A stretch of DNA of 64,000 nucleotides from Sphaerodactylus townsendi (lineage: Eukaryota): contig NC_059425.1 of the NCBI RefSeq assembly GCF_021028975.2, positions 38,688,001 to 38,752,000 of the forward strand. The letters are read 5' to 3'. This document shows positions 1-12,828 of this stretch, piece after piece. The first letter of the stretch is position 1; every line of letters starts with the position of its first letter. A program made the translations under genes and the position numbers. The notes under the pieces are model-generated. The model worked only from the letters and a program-made list of their open reading frames with translations. It had not been told where the DNA came from and ran no database searches.

Positions 1-1549
1 ATTTTTCAGCACAAGTCTCACTGAAACGAATGTGCGCTCTTCAAGTCTGAGTGTAATGTTGGGAAGGGTTCACTAAGCAATTAAAGAACAAACTGTTCTA
101 ATGCAAAGAAATCAATGCAAGTTGAATACATTAGCATTACATTTTAAGAGGAAATGGGCATTAAACTGCATGGTCTTAATTGTGCATTCACAGATTTTGC
201 ATTAGGTGACCTAGAGTATGACATGCATTGAATTTCCTTTCAACTGCTTAATGATAACAGCTGCTCCTGGCGGACAAAGCATTTGATTTAATCTGTGCAA
301 TCCACCAACTCAAGTGAGATGTAATACTGAGCTACTTCTGTTTAGATAAAGTTATTAAAATATGAAAAAAATGTAAGATAATCTTTTAAGCAGGGGCAGC
401 CTTAGTGGTTTTGGAGCAAATGTGCAGAATGAGCCCCCAAAATCAGCCAGTACAACTATATTTATGACATGCAGACAATAAACAGATCCAAGGCAGTTAT
501 TTAATGATCTCCTTGTGTCTGATGTATATCAGCCAACTCTTAAACATTAGTATTGATTCCAAGTTGCAGAGTACCACTTTTTAAGCACTTGGAAAAGAAA
601 ACTATGGTCTGGGATATTATCCCAGGGTGGAATGATCAGCATAAAACAACTCTCTTCCATTGCCTGTCAAAAGCCACTGCAAGTGAGGACAAGGGGCATC
701 CTAAAATCCTGAATCCCTCCACTGCCCAACTCCTAATATCTGCCAAGATCTGTAGATCGACCCCCATTAACTATTGCAGCACTATGGGTTTATATACCCC
801 CCTTTTCTATTCATGAATAATCAGTTTTTTTCCCAACACTCAAATTTGTTGTTTCATATTAAAATAATGTGAGTGGAACCTCAAAATAAATGTGTTACTT
901 TATAATATGAAGAAGAAGAAGAATTGGATTAATACCTCAGATGTGGTATGTAAGGAGACTCAAAGGGACTTAAAATCCCCCCCCCCCACAACAAACACCC
1001 TGTGAGGTGGGTGGGGCTGAGAGAGCTCCGTAGAGCCCATGAGTCAGCAACCTTTAACACCCGAAGAGCCATTTGGACCCGTTTTCCATGGAAAAGAAAA
1101 CACTTGGAGCCGCAAATACTTTTTGACATTTAAAATGAAGATAACACTGTATATATTGTTTTTTTACCTTTATGCTTTGTATAAACAATTATAGTGTGTT
1201 GCTTATGAAATCCATGAAGTGCTATAGAGAAAATTATATTTTATTGATGTAAAGAACATATTTTTAACATTTTGAATTCTTAAAAAATAATAACAAAAAA
1301 ACACGCCGAGTTGAAGGTCTCTTTCAAATGAATTAAAAAGCCGACTGCTGTGCTAGGTTAAGAAATACAGTCCATCTTGCCAACAGCAGCCACCTCTGCT
1401 CCAGAAACATGCAAGCAGCAACCGCTGTTCGCCCTCAAATGAAGCAGTTCTTTTTTTTATAAAGGTGTGCGGGAAAAGGGTGGAGCCTCGTGAACATGTG
1501 CAATGGGGTGGCAACTGGGAGGAGAGGAGGTGAAATGAAACCCAACACC

Positions 1550-1914
1550 CAGTAGTGGGATCCAAAAATTTTAGTTACAGGTTCCCATGGTGGTGAGATT
1601 CAAACTGTGGCGTAGCGCCAGTGGGGCTGGGCGGGACACGACGGGGGCATGGCCGGGCATTCCAGGGGTGGGGCTGTGACAAGGACGCAGCCACTGCGCC
1701 GGTCCTTGAGTGGGAAATGAATGCACGCAGGTGCAGGCTGCCACGCCCGCCGGTGCACCTCCTGCTAGACTACTTCAAGTTCTGCGAACTACTGCTGAGA
1801 GGAGGGCAAAAATAATGTGGCAAAATCACCAGTTAGTAACCCCCTCTCGGCACACACAAATAATTAGTAACCTACTCTCAGGAACCTGTGAGAACCTGCT
1901 GGATCCCACCTCTG
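1550..1914 (+). mobile_element. Non-autonomous hAT element
   Basis: TIRs CAGTAGTGGGATCCA / TGGATCCCACCTCTG; 8-bp TSD CCAACACC. Confidence 0.85.
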
Positions 1915-3335
1915 CCAACACCCCCTTTCTGGCCCAGTTCAATAGACGCACGAAACAGGCGGTGCAAAAGGGACGCCTTTTATAAAAGATGGCTCAGTAG
2001 TGGCAACTACATACCTGCTGTCACTTCCACCGTTCCTTGCAATTGGCCCTGACCAAGCCAGCTCCACCAGTCTTCTCAGCCTATGTCAGACCAACCCTTT
2101 AAAAGCATAAAGCCCCACCCCCTTCTGCCTCAATCGTCACCTTCGCCTGTTGGGGAAAAATGTGCCACCAGGGCTTTTTGGCGCAGGTGCGAGCCTCCTA
2201 TAAGCTCTACTGGGCTCGCTTTCCCTCCCCCCTCGCTCTATCCCCCCACCCCTATTTTCTAATTCTCCTCGCTATCTCCTCTACATTCCGGTACTTGTAG
2301 TTCCAACTTAAAAAGTCCCTTTCCAGGCAGCGGCAAAAAGGTGAATGAAAAACTTTGTTACTCAGAAAGCCGTGTCTCTGTTTCCATAGAATTGGGTGTG
2401 AGAATTACATCAGTGTTTCTGATAGAAAGGCTAAAATGCAGGCGGGCCCTTGTGCGTTAGGAAGCCATGGAGGGCAAGGAAGGCGGATAGAAGGTGCGAC
2501 TTGAGCTGTCAGTCATCATTTGGATCTTGGCGGGGAGGCAGCAGTAGAAGCGCTCCTGGTTTGTTGTTTTTCTCCTTATTGGGACTGCAGCGAGACTCAT
2601 GGGTATCCCCCTCCACTCCGGATCTGAAGCCTTCGGCTCTCCAGAAGGAGAGGAGGAGGAGGAAAGGCGGGGATGAGGCCCAGAGTTGCAATACAAGGGC
2701 GAAAGAGCCGCATGCAGCTCCGGAGCCACGGGTTGCAGACTCCTGGACTAGCCCAAGGTCACCCAGCTGGTGTGTGTTGGAGCGCACAGGGTATCTCATG
2801 TATCTGAACCCCATCTCAACTGGTTTTGAAACGCCCATCAGCTTTCAGTGGGGAGCCTCTAATTAAAAAAAAAGCCTCCTTGAACTTACAGAACTATGTA
2901 ATAATTCTTCAGATCCCAGGACACATTTAATCCTAATTGAACTGGATTCTTTAAAAATATGCTTTAAATTGCAGAAAAACATTGAGCAGGGATTCCACAG
3001 AGATGGAATTTATTGTGAAAAAAATAAAATTTTAGTAGATTACATCAGAGTAACTTGGGTGATGGCAACTGGAGACTCACTCACCGTGTAACAGTAGGGT
3101 AGGGTAATCAGTGGCTCCACAAACCCTGCAGTGTTTAACATGACAGAGACAGAACTATTGTTGGTTGGCACAAGTGATTTTCCAAAGCATTGGTGTCTAG
3201 GAATCTGACAGCAAACCATAATAACCCAGAACTGACGTGACTTGCATAACAATTATAGATTTGCAAGTGTAACTGTGATGACCATTCTCTTCTTGTTTTG
3301 CAAATATTTCTGATAGGTGCAAAATTTTGTTTATT

Positions 3336-3556
3336 GTATTGTCGAAGGCTTTCACGGCCGGAATCACTTGGGTGCTGTGTGGTTTCCGGGCTGTATGGCC
3401 GTGTTCTAGCAGCATTCTCTCCTGACGTTTCGCCTGCATCTGTGGCTGGGATCTTCAGAGGATCATCTGAAGATGCCAGCCACAGATGCAGGCGAAACGT
3501 CAGGAGAGAATGCTGCTAGAACACAGCCATACAGCCCGGAAACCACACAGCACCCA
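3336..3556. mobile_element. Penelope-like element remnant forming an inverted repeat (arms 3369-3459 and 3466-3556)
   Basis: Near-perfect 91-bp inverted repeat; CTGAAGATGCCAGCCACAGATGCAGGCGAAACGTC pLTR motif; flanking direct repeat AAATTTTGTTTATT at 3322-3335 and 3556-3569. Confidence 0.8.
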
Positions 3557-3948
3557 AATTTTGTTTATTTATTGCTTTCTTCCCATATCCATATATTGCT
3601 GCCCCCAGGAATTTAATTCCAAACCACTTTTTAATTTATCCTAAAGTAGTGTTGCTGAGCTTTAAAGCAGTTTCAAAGGGCTAAGTGGTCCTGAGGAGGT
3701 AACTAGGGTAGGATTCCATGTTACATTGAACAAATTAAAATTTTATTTATATATTTTCTTTAGCTTAAAGGTTATAAGAAATAATCTACGAAGACCGAAG
3801 CAGTCTAAGGCAATAACTTCTAGTAAGATGACTTTCATGTCACATCAATCCACTCTCTCGCTCATTTACATCTCTGAGACCATATTAGGGTTTGACTACA
3901 TTTCTAGTCTCCCAATGTTTCCTACCTATTTCTTTGGGCAGTTCTGTA

Positions 3949-6680
3949 GAACAGAACAGAAAGCCTTTATTGGCATATTAAAAAAACACAATAGCTACAA
4001 AACAAACCAATACAGCAAAACACATCCAATGCAAACCCGCATGACACATCGATCCATGTTCACATCATCAACAAAAAGACGGCCCCCAGTTCTCATTCCA
4101 CTGGGCCCGAACCACCCACCAACAACAAGCAAATTCTGTCTGCATCATACTGGCCATGTTTGTTATGATTACTATTAGCAAGAGACAGAAATTGAAACAC
4201 ATATTACATCTAAAATTAATACCACAGATAAACATTTCAGAGCTGCTACAGAGACATGCTGAATTCCCAGGTTAATGTGTTGTAGTATAGCAATAAAATA
4301 TTAAAGTAAGGTGGCGTGATAAGGAAGGGAGAAGTTAATTACTTATGCTCTAAACATACTTAGACCCATTGCTGGATTATTTGCATTCAATTATTTCAAG
4401 GAGAAAGTTTGCCACAATCTCAGGGTTGGTATTATTCAGAAGAATTGGAATTGCAACCAAGTCAGCAAGGGCCATGGTGAGTAGTGGAATGGATTTTACA
4501 TATCGATCTCTGACTCCCTTGGTTCTCGAGCAGTGAAACAGAGAATGGGCTATGGTTTCAATCTGCGTTTGGTTGCAGGAACATAATCTTTGAGTTTTAT
4601 CAAGACTATTGAACCTGCCACGCAAAAAAGCGGAGGGCATAACATTAAATCTGGCAAGCGTCAAGGCTCGCCGTTGTGTTGGGTTAACCAGAGTAATTAA
4701 ATAGTTAGCCATTTGGCCTTGAATCGGGGGTATTGCTAGATTAAGTGGTGAGCATGTCCTTTTTGCTGCCTTGGTCAGTGTTTGGAATTCCACATCAAGC
4801 AGTTTCACTTTCAGGGTGTTATAAGCCTCAGTAAGGGTAAGCATACTGAGCGATTCCAAGGATAGACCAATGGTTTCAATTTTGTTTTTGATAATATTTA
4901 ACCATAACATTGATTTGCTATCTTGTGGTGAAAGAGTGAATGAAACTGGAAGAGGCCTGTTGATAGTGTAAATTAGGCCAAAATTTGAATGCTCTTAACC
5001 AAGCCAAGGTCTCAAAGGTGATCTGTCCCGCTTCCAGCCAAATAGCAGCAAACGCAACCCCGTTAGGTAGGCCCATTATTTTGTGTAGAAATTTGGATTG
5101 TAGAGTGTTAATGGTTTTATTAACTGCAGAGATCCAAATTGGGGACCCGTATAATATCTGTGCTCCGACTTTGGCATTAAATACCTTAACTGCTGCAGGT
5201 ATATATCTATTACCAGTGTTGTAAAAGAAACGGGAGACTGCTCTAACGCTATTGTAGGCCATGGTTGAGGAAAGATTGCGATGCGGGCGCCAAGACAGAT
5301 TATAAGAGAAGGTGATTCCTAGGTATTTAACTTGTTTGACTCTGCCATTACTAATCAAGATACGAGCAATCTGCGGGGGAAAAGGGATTGGTTTGACAGA
5401 GACTGTATTACTTGCTAACAACAATATCCGAGCCCTATATAGGTATTATCGTCATACGGGCTCCAAGGACATTTTGTCTCAAATTGCCACTCTTAAATAT
5501 GAATTCAAAACCTTAACCAAACAGAAGCACCAAGATTTTGTAATACTGCAATGGAATAAACTATTACAAGCCTCCATTGCCAAGGATGCAAAGTGCTTCT
5601 GGGCATTGGTAAATAACACCACAGGCCGGCATAAGCTTTCTACCTCTTCTATCTCCCCAGACAGGTGGTTTAATTATTTCTCAAACCTCTTTCATGATCA
5701 GACATCTAATGAAATTGACTGGCCAGACACTGACCAACTCCCTATTTGGCCTCCAGTTACTCCTGCAGAAGTTACCATCTTGATTGATAACATGAAAGAG
5801 GGGAAAGCCCCAGGCCCTGATGCACTTATTTCAGAAATCTTCAAACTAAATTGAACTGGTATTGAATTGCTAGCAGCTTTTACCGATGTCAACAACTCAG
5901 GCCAAATCCCTAAATCTTGGCTTTCTGCCATACTTGTGCCGACATACAAAAAGGAGATCCAAGTGATCCCACAAATTTCCTGGCCCGATTGCTCTCTTAT
6001 CAGTGGCGGAAAGATTTACTCCAAATTCCTGCTGGAACAAAAATAGAATCTTGGCTGGTACACAATAAAATTCTTGGAGCTGAGCAAATTGGCTTCCGTG
6101 AAAGGAAAAGCAACTTTAGATCCGCGGCCTTATTTTGTTTTCATCTAGCTAACAAGTATGTTACCATGGGAAAGAGCAAACTATATGCAGCATTCATTGA
6201 CCTTAAGGAGCCTTTGACTCCATCTCTAGAGAACTTCTATGGCAGAAACTCCGGGTTTTGAGAATTGACCCAAGACTGCTCCTCCTGATCCAACAACTCC
6301 ACTCTTAATACATCTTGCCAGGTCAAATGCTGCATAAGAGGGCCTGCTAACATCGCAATCACTTAAAGGAATCAAGCAAGGCTGCATACTAGCCCCCACA
6401 CTGTTCAATATTTTTTTGAATGATTTAGCCCCTGCGTTATCAGAAACCAATAGTCATCCTCCTATTCTAAATGCATTGCCAATACCATTAATGTTATATG
6501 CGGATGATGCAGTTTTACTTTCAAGATCTAAAGTGGGCCTTCTCCGTTTGATTAGGCGATGCATCCAGTATTGTAAAACTAATAAACTGGAGATTAATTA
6601 TAACAAATCCAAAATTTTAGTTTTTTCACGACGGTTGAAGATGCACAAGTGGGAAGTCAATAATATTACTCTGGAGCAGG
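3949..6680 (-). mobile_element. 5'-truncated, 5'-inverted LINE (RTE-X-like), degenerate ORF2
   Basis: Minus part 3949-5340: KYLGITF...CSC..ETIAHSLFHC, then 3'UTR with AATAAA and (TTCTG)n tail. Plus part 5341-6680: KAPGPD, QGCILAP, YADD. 13-bp TSD GGGCAGTTCTGTA at 3936-3948 and 6679-6691. Confidence 0.85.
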
Positions 6681-6909
6681 GCAGTTCTGTACTTCATATA
6701 ATACTAGGAAGGACTCTGGTCAGAAATCTGCTTTCTAGACTGTCAACATCATAATGTACACTTTACTTCAGCCCCTTCTCACCCTCAGTTTAGCAGAGAC
6801 ATACTCTGTGTACAAAACCCTACACAGACTCTTCAGTATCAACCAGTCACCTCACACTCTCATTCCCCATTCATTCCCTTTCCTTCCAGAACTTACCCTC
6901 ACTTTAAAG

Positions 6910-7077
6910 CAGTGGTACTCAACCTTCCTAATGCCGCGACCCTTTAATACAGTTCCTCATGTTGTGGTGACCCCCAACCCTAACATTTGTCCATTTTACA
7001 GATGGAGAACACTGATGCAGAGAGTCTTAGGTGACCCCAGAGAAAGGGTCGTTCGACCCCCAGGCTGAGAACTACTG
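6910..7077 (+). mobile_element. URR1-like hAT-Charlie MITE
   Basis: TIRs CAGTGGTACTCAACCT / AGGCTGAGAACTACTG; TSD CTTTAAAG. Confidence 0.88.
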
Positions 7078-8734
7078 CTTTAAAGAAACACACACACATT
7101 TTAAATTGGTACAGTAATGTGAGCAAAGCTCCTTGCAACTGCAGCGCACCCTGGTAAATCTTTGAGGAAAAAAATACATTGCTGCACATCCATTAAGGAC
7201 AGCATTTGTCAAAGGCAGCTTCTACATGTACGTCAGGTGTCAGCGATATGTCTGCTGTGTTCGACTTAGATTGTTCTTACTCCCCCACCCCACTGCAGTA
7301 AAAACTGCAGGCTTATTACAGATGGCTGGATCTTTTCACTGAAATTCTTCCTGACACAGGCATGACAACAGCAGCACAGCTTAGAAGAAACTCTTGGTGG
7401 AAGCAGTGGTCTTTTAATAGGCTTTGAAACCCCTTAATCTTTCACCATTACCCCACATTAATGCTGCCTGGAAACCCCAGGGATAATCCCACATGACAGA
7501 GTACAAGCAAAAGGCTCTTTAGACTGGTGAAAGAGGGCGGGCGGGCGATGATTTCTCTTTGAAGGGCCTTAGAGGAATGGATTGCTGCAAACTACAGTTT
7601 CCTGGCAGGAAAGTAACCAGAAAGAAAGCTTACCCTACATCAATTGCTGTTTTTTATTTACCATACTTTGTTTTTGTTGACACGTTCTTAACTTGGTAAA
7701 TTTTGTAATTAGGCTTCAACAACCAAACAATTACTTACCAAGCTATCCTAAGATTAAAAATCGTAGGAGCAATCCTAAGCAGAACTACTAAGAAGTAAGT
7801 CTCGTGTTATTCAATAGAGCTTACTCCCAGGAAAGTGTCTGTAGGATCATAGCTATTGAAGCCCAAGGCCTTGTGGAGGGGAATACCGAAAAGATAAAGA
7901 AAAGAGGAATGTAACCTGTACTGTTTCCCTACAGCAAATACAAAAAGAAAGAAAATTACCATAACTCTGCAGTGATCATTTCCTTATTACATTCCTGCCT
8001 TTTATTGTACTTTTGTTACCCTTAGATGTCACCCAACCCTGAGATGTCACCCAACTTGCAGCTGCTCATAATTCTGCCTTTTACCCACCAACAAATGGCT
8101 ATATTAATGATATTAATCCATACAAGAATAAAGTTCTGTGTTCTGCTAGCTAGACTCTCTGCTTCCAGAGGCCTACTTGTATTTTAACTGGATGCTTACA
8201 TGTGCATATTATAAAGATTTTAACTAAACCAAGAATTGAACACTTTGGAGTTACTTTCCCAGGAAGGAGGGAATGCACATTTTGCTTTGCTGCTCTAAAA
8301 GTATTTTTCACCTCTGGGGAAAATTATCTCTAGTTTCTCAGAAGAATCAGCCTGTTCTGTCATATATAGATCCATTCTGCATCTGCCCAGTCTTCCAAGA
8401 CATGAGGCATATTTCAATCAAAAATATAAGAGCACCATCTTCTGCTGTTATAATCTACTCTGGGATGTCTTGCCTTAAACAGTTTTCTGTATGCATTGTT
8501 TTCCAATTCTGTAATCCTAGTCCTATTAAATGGTTTACTGGTGTCTTATGTTGTCTGATTGAATTGTTTTCTATGTTTTGTAATCCACCTTCAGTCTCTG
8601 TGATAAAGATGCGCAACCCATGAAGTAAATAAATATATTATTGAGATACATAAAATTTTGAGATACAATGAAAGTCAGCAAATAGACACACACAGGGAAC
8701 ATTGTGAATTGCATGGTTAAAACGCCACACAATA

Positions 8735-9348
8735 CAGTGGCGAGCCTAGGCAAACTGGAGCCCTGGGCAAAACCTGAGTTTCATGCCCCCCCCCCCCAAC
8801 AACAACCTTTATTAGGCATTGGAAAGAATAAAAAAAAAGAAAGAAATAAAGAAAACCAGCATTGGCAGGAAGGGGGTGGATTTAAAAGGAGAATCTGGGG
8901 AAATTTAGGGTGTGCCTGCTGTCAGGGGTGCAATTATTAAGATAGCAGCACCAAAATTTCAGGGTATCTTCATGAGCCCCTACTGATGATACCAGCCATG
9001 TTTAGAAGTTTGTCTAGGGGTTCAAAGTTATGCGACCCCCAAAGTGCAGCCCCCATCTCCCACAGTCTCCATATTGAAACAATGGGGATGGGGACATTCC
9101 TACGGGAGTCCATAACTTTGGGACTCCCCTAAATAAACCTTACTCAAACTTGGGTGATATCAACAGGATAGTCTCCCTGAAAAAATCCCTGAAATTTTGG
9201 TGCTGCTAGCCTAAAAACTGCGCCTCCTGCAGGCCAAAACAGAAAAAACAGTGAAAATTCAAAAAAATCCCACCTGCATTTTTGGTGCCCCCCACAAGGG
9301 GGCGCCCTGGGCAACTGCCCACTTTGCCCAATGGGAGGAACGCCTCTG
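8735..9348 (+). mobile_element. Non-autonomous hAT-type element
   Basis: Ends CAGTGGCG / CGCCTCTG; 8-bp TSD ACACAATA/ATACAATA. Confidence 0.72.
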
Positions 9349-9891
9349 ATACAATACCAGAGGTATAATCCAAAACATTTCTATGTAAATTCAAAACGAT
9401 GCATGGTAAGTAATGTGAATGTTCACACCACCAGTGGTAAGTTCTCCTAGTTTAAGCAATTTAATACATGTGGTGATTAAAATCAAACCCTGATTAATGC
9501 AATTAAACCTATTAGTAATTTCTAATTCAGACAAAATATTGAAGGTTTCACTTCAGATGGAGGAGTAACAGGAAGGTTTTCAAATCAAAGGAGATAACAG
9601 TGAGATTTCCCCTTTATTGCTGTTATTGGTATCTTGTTAGACTACTGTCAACGTCAGATCTTCTGCTGTCAACACTAATTCCATAGGAGTTTGGCAGCAA
9701 TTTCATATCTTTGTCTTCTGAACAAGCAACTCAGATTCCATACACACCATGCAGAAAACATGGAAGTACCCAATTTCCTGTTGGAGCTTTGTATATCTAT
9801 GCATCTTCCTTAATATGTGGTAGTCCTGTCATTATACGCACTTTATACGCACTTTATACCAGCAAATATATACTTGTGATTTCTTATAAGC

Positions 9892-10463
9892 CAGTGGTGG
9901 GATCCAAAAATTTTAGTAACAGGTTCCCTCGCGCCAGACCCCCCCTCAGCAGCAAGGGGCAAAGGAGGCGCATCTAGACGAAACTGGAGCACTAAGTAAA
10001 ACCGTAGAGTTTGGATGCCCCCCCCATGGGCAGCTTCACACCTTTACCTCACCCTTGCCACCACCTCCCCCATTTTTTTTTGCACCAGGTCATTTCTAAA
10101 TCATCATCACATTTCATAGAAGACATTTTGCCCCAACTCACAAATCTGAACACAGCAATGGTGAAGTTCACATAGGTTCTTTTGCTAGAGACTGGTGGAG
10201 ATAAAAGGTACCAAAGGCTGAGAATCAATGAATTGCAGTACCTGGAAAGGGATTTAACCCAGTTCAGGAAGCTGCTACCATTATTAACGCAATTGCTATA
10301 TGGAACCTTCATGTTCAAGGCAAGTAGCATACTTCCCAGGGAGGCGAAAGCATGGAAACGTGAAAAGTGGACCCAATTAGTAACCCCTCTCGGCATAAAA
10401 CATACAAATAATTAGTAACTCCACTTCTGGGAACTGGTGAGAACCTGCTGGATCTCACCTCTG
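9892..10463 (+). mobile_element. Non-autonomous hAT element with the same ends as 1550-1914 but a different interior
   Basis: CAGTGGTGGGATCCAAAAATTTTAGTAACAGGTTCCC ... GGATCTCACCTCTG; near-TSD CTTATAAG/CTTATAAC. Confidence 0.82.
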
Positions 10464-11339
10464 CTTATAACACTCACTTTATAATACAGGCCCTTCTAAT
10501 TATCAAGGTTGGGGCAAGTTAAAAGGCGATGGTACAAGGCTGCAATTCTGTTCACATCTGGAAGCAAAGCCCTTTGAAAACAGTGAACATTATTTCTGAA
10601 TAAACAGTTTGGGGCAATAAGTTCCCATCCACTCATATGTAGGATGTGGTTTCATACAGACTCTTGTATCATGAAGAACAAGTGAAAAAGCAGAATCTAT
10701 AGCAGGAGACTATAGATGCAATCCTAAGAACTTTCTTGGGAGAAAGCCCTATTGAAAGAAATGGGTCTTACTTCCGAATAGACCTGTTTAGGATTGATCC
10801 CCAACTGTGATCCATTCTTAATCCAGAAATAAGATTTGACTCACATAACCTGATGTTAAAACAAATCATGTTAATTTCGAAGCTGTCACAGAGTTCCTCA
10901 TTCATCTCTGTCAGTATTCCAGATTTATTCGTAATTTCCAAAAATCATGACTGATTCCGTTCTATTACAACATACCGAATTCTATTACAACATACAACAT
11001 GATTTCTACCACTCTTTAGCTCACAAAAAAGCCCAGGAAAGCTGCTGCAAGTGCATAACAGACGCCTTGAAAAAGAGTAAGACATTCGGTTTATCTAGTG
11101 CAATATGGTTCATTTTAGCACCGGCTTTCCAACAATCTTGCCCCACCCACCCCCTTGCGGTCGTCAAAGGTAAGAGACATTCAGAGCTGGTTTGCCACCG
11201 CTTGCCTCTGCGTAGTCATCCCCGCCTTCCTGACCCGGGCTAACCCTGCATGGCTGCCAAGCTCTGGTAACATCAGATTAACTGGGGCCATCTAGACCAG
11301 ATCATTTCCCTTTGACCCAGTCCTGTTAACCTAGGTCCT

Positions 11340-12070
11340 AGTGCTTCCGGCATACGAAGTGAGGGCAAGAAAAGGCTAGACAGCTTCAGTAGCCGCTACT
11401 GAGTGTGTCCAGGACCCAGCGAGCATGCGCAGTGGTGCTCAACGTGCGGCAAGAAGCAGTTCTTTTTACATTTCTTCCAGCGCCTGCGTCGGCGTTTCGG
11501 CCTTTTGGGGTTTCTGGCAGAGAGGAAGAGGTAGGAAAAGGAAAACCGGAAGCGAGGAGTGAGAGATAATTCGAAGAAGGGAAACCGGAAACCGGGCGTG
11601 AAAGAAATACGCGCCCTTGCCTAACGACCTACCTGAAGCCACGGCTGACGGGTTGACAGTGGACGGAAACGAGCGCGCACGCGCAGTCGCTCTGAAAGTG
11701 GGATTTGAAAGAGGGCGTGAACAGGCGGCGAGCGCGCGCCACCCAGCGGTCGGGCGGTGGCAGAACTGTAAAAAGGCAAGAGAAGGGGATGCGACTGCTT
11801 GCCTTTCTATGCTTTTTTCCTGCCCCCGTGACCGGACACGGTAGTAGTAGCTCTAATATATGTATTCATTGTACGCGCGTGTGGGGTTTGTTCGTAGAAG
11901 GGTGGCGGTGTATTTGGACGAAATGGGTCCCCTTTTACCTTCTCACGACAACAATCGTGTTAGGTAGATGAAGGTTCCATAGAGCTCGTGGTCCCGGGTG
12001 GATTTGAATCTGGAACTTCTCAGGACTGATGTCGAGACAGGGTTTCGAATCAGCGCGGTGCTGCTTCAAA
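11340..12070 (+). promoter_or_regulatory. CpG-island promoter / non-coding first exon region of MTIF2
   Basis: CpG-rich; ETS/GABP site CCGGAAG (11546-11552) plus a second CCGGAA near 11585; NRF1-like GAGCATGCGCAG (11421-11432) and GCGCGCACGCGCA (about 11673). This pairing is typical of nuclear-encoded mitochondrial genes. Confidence 0.7.
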
Positions 12071-12627
12071 CCGAGCCTTTGCCGCCATAAATCTACCAGA
12101 CAAACCGCTTCTTCTGAGACTCAGCTCCCCACTTTCTCATATATGGTACTGCCAGACATGGTAGCACAATGTCATAAGTATTTTAGATAGATAGTATGGA
12201 CATTTTTTTAAAGCATAAAGTACTTAATAGTATCTACAACGGCTGTCCCTCGTCATCAGACAAACTGAAGTGGCTGCTTACACTGCAGATTTTGGTATAC
12301 TAGTAAAGGTTAAAAGTTGGTAAATTATTCAGCTTATTAAGTTATTGTAACATTTTGACTGCTGTGGTGAGACCACTTGGACTGTATCTCAAATCATGCA
12401 AATGAAAGTTTCAGCTAGTGCTATCCTCTGTGCTTGTGTTGTTGGTGCTTTAGGTAGGGTTAGAGGCCAGATCCCTGCCTCCAGGGATTTACAACAAAAT
12501 ATGAGATAGGGTAGATGAGGAGAGGAGGCTGCTGGAGGTGGCAAATAAGTAGGGAGGAATGTGTCTTCATTCCTCTGTGACATTCTTGGACTTGGTATCT
12601 GTAGGGAAATGGGGACTAAGGTAATAA

Positions 12628-12828
12628 TAGGGCTGCCAACTCTGGTTTGGGAAATTCCTGAAGATGTGGTGGTGGAGCCTGGAGAGAGTGAGGTTGGGGG
12701 GAACCTCAGTAGCTATAATGCCATGGAGTCCACCCTTCAAACATTTTTTTTTTCTCCAGGGGAACTGATCCCTGCAGTCTGGAGTTTTGTTATTATTTCT
12801 GAAGATCTCCAGCCCTACCTGGAAGTTG
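12628..12828 (+). mobile_element. hAT-type MITE (TAGGGYTGCCA end); relative at about 49330-49477 (-)
   Basis: TAGGGCTGCCAACTCTGGTTTGGGAAAT...GATCTCCAG...CCTGGAAGTTG. Confidence 0.55.

Noticed and set aside
7739-7747. Possible 9-nt minus-strand microexon (ttag|GATAGCTTG|gtaagt)
   Set aside because: No accompanying exons or gene to assign it to; such motifs arise by chance
1-11300. Expected neighbours upstream of MTIF2 (PRORSD1, CCDC88A 3' end)
   Set aside because: No recognisable peptide from either gene in the ORF track or in my reading of the sequence
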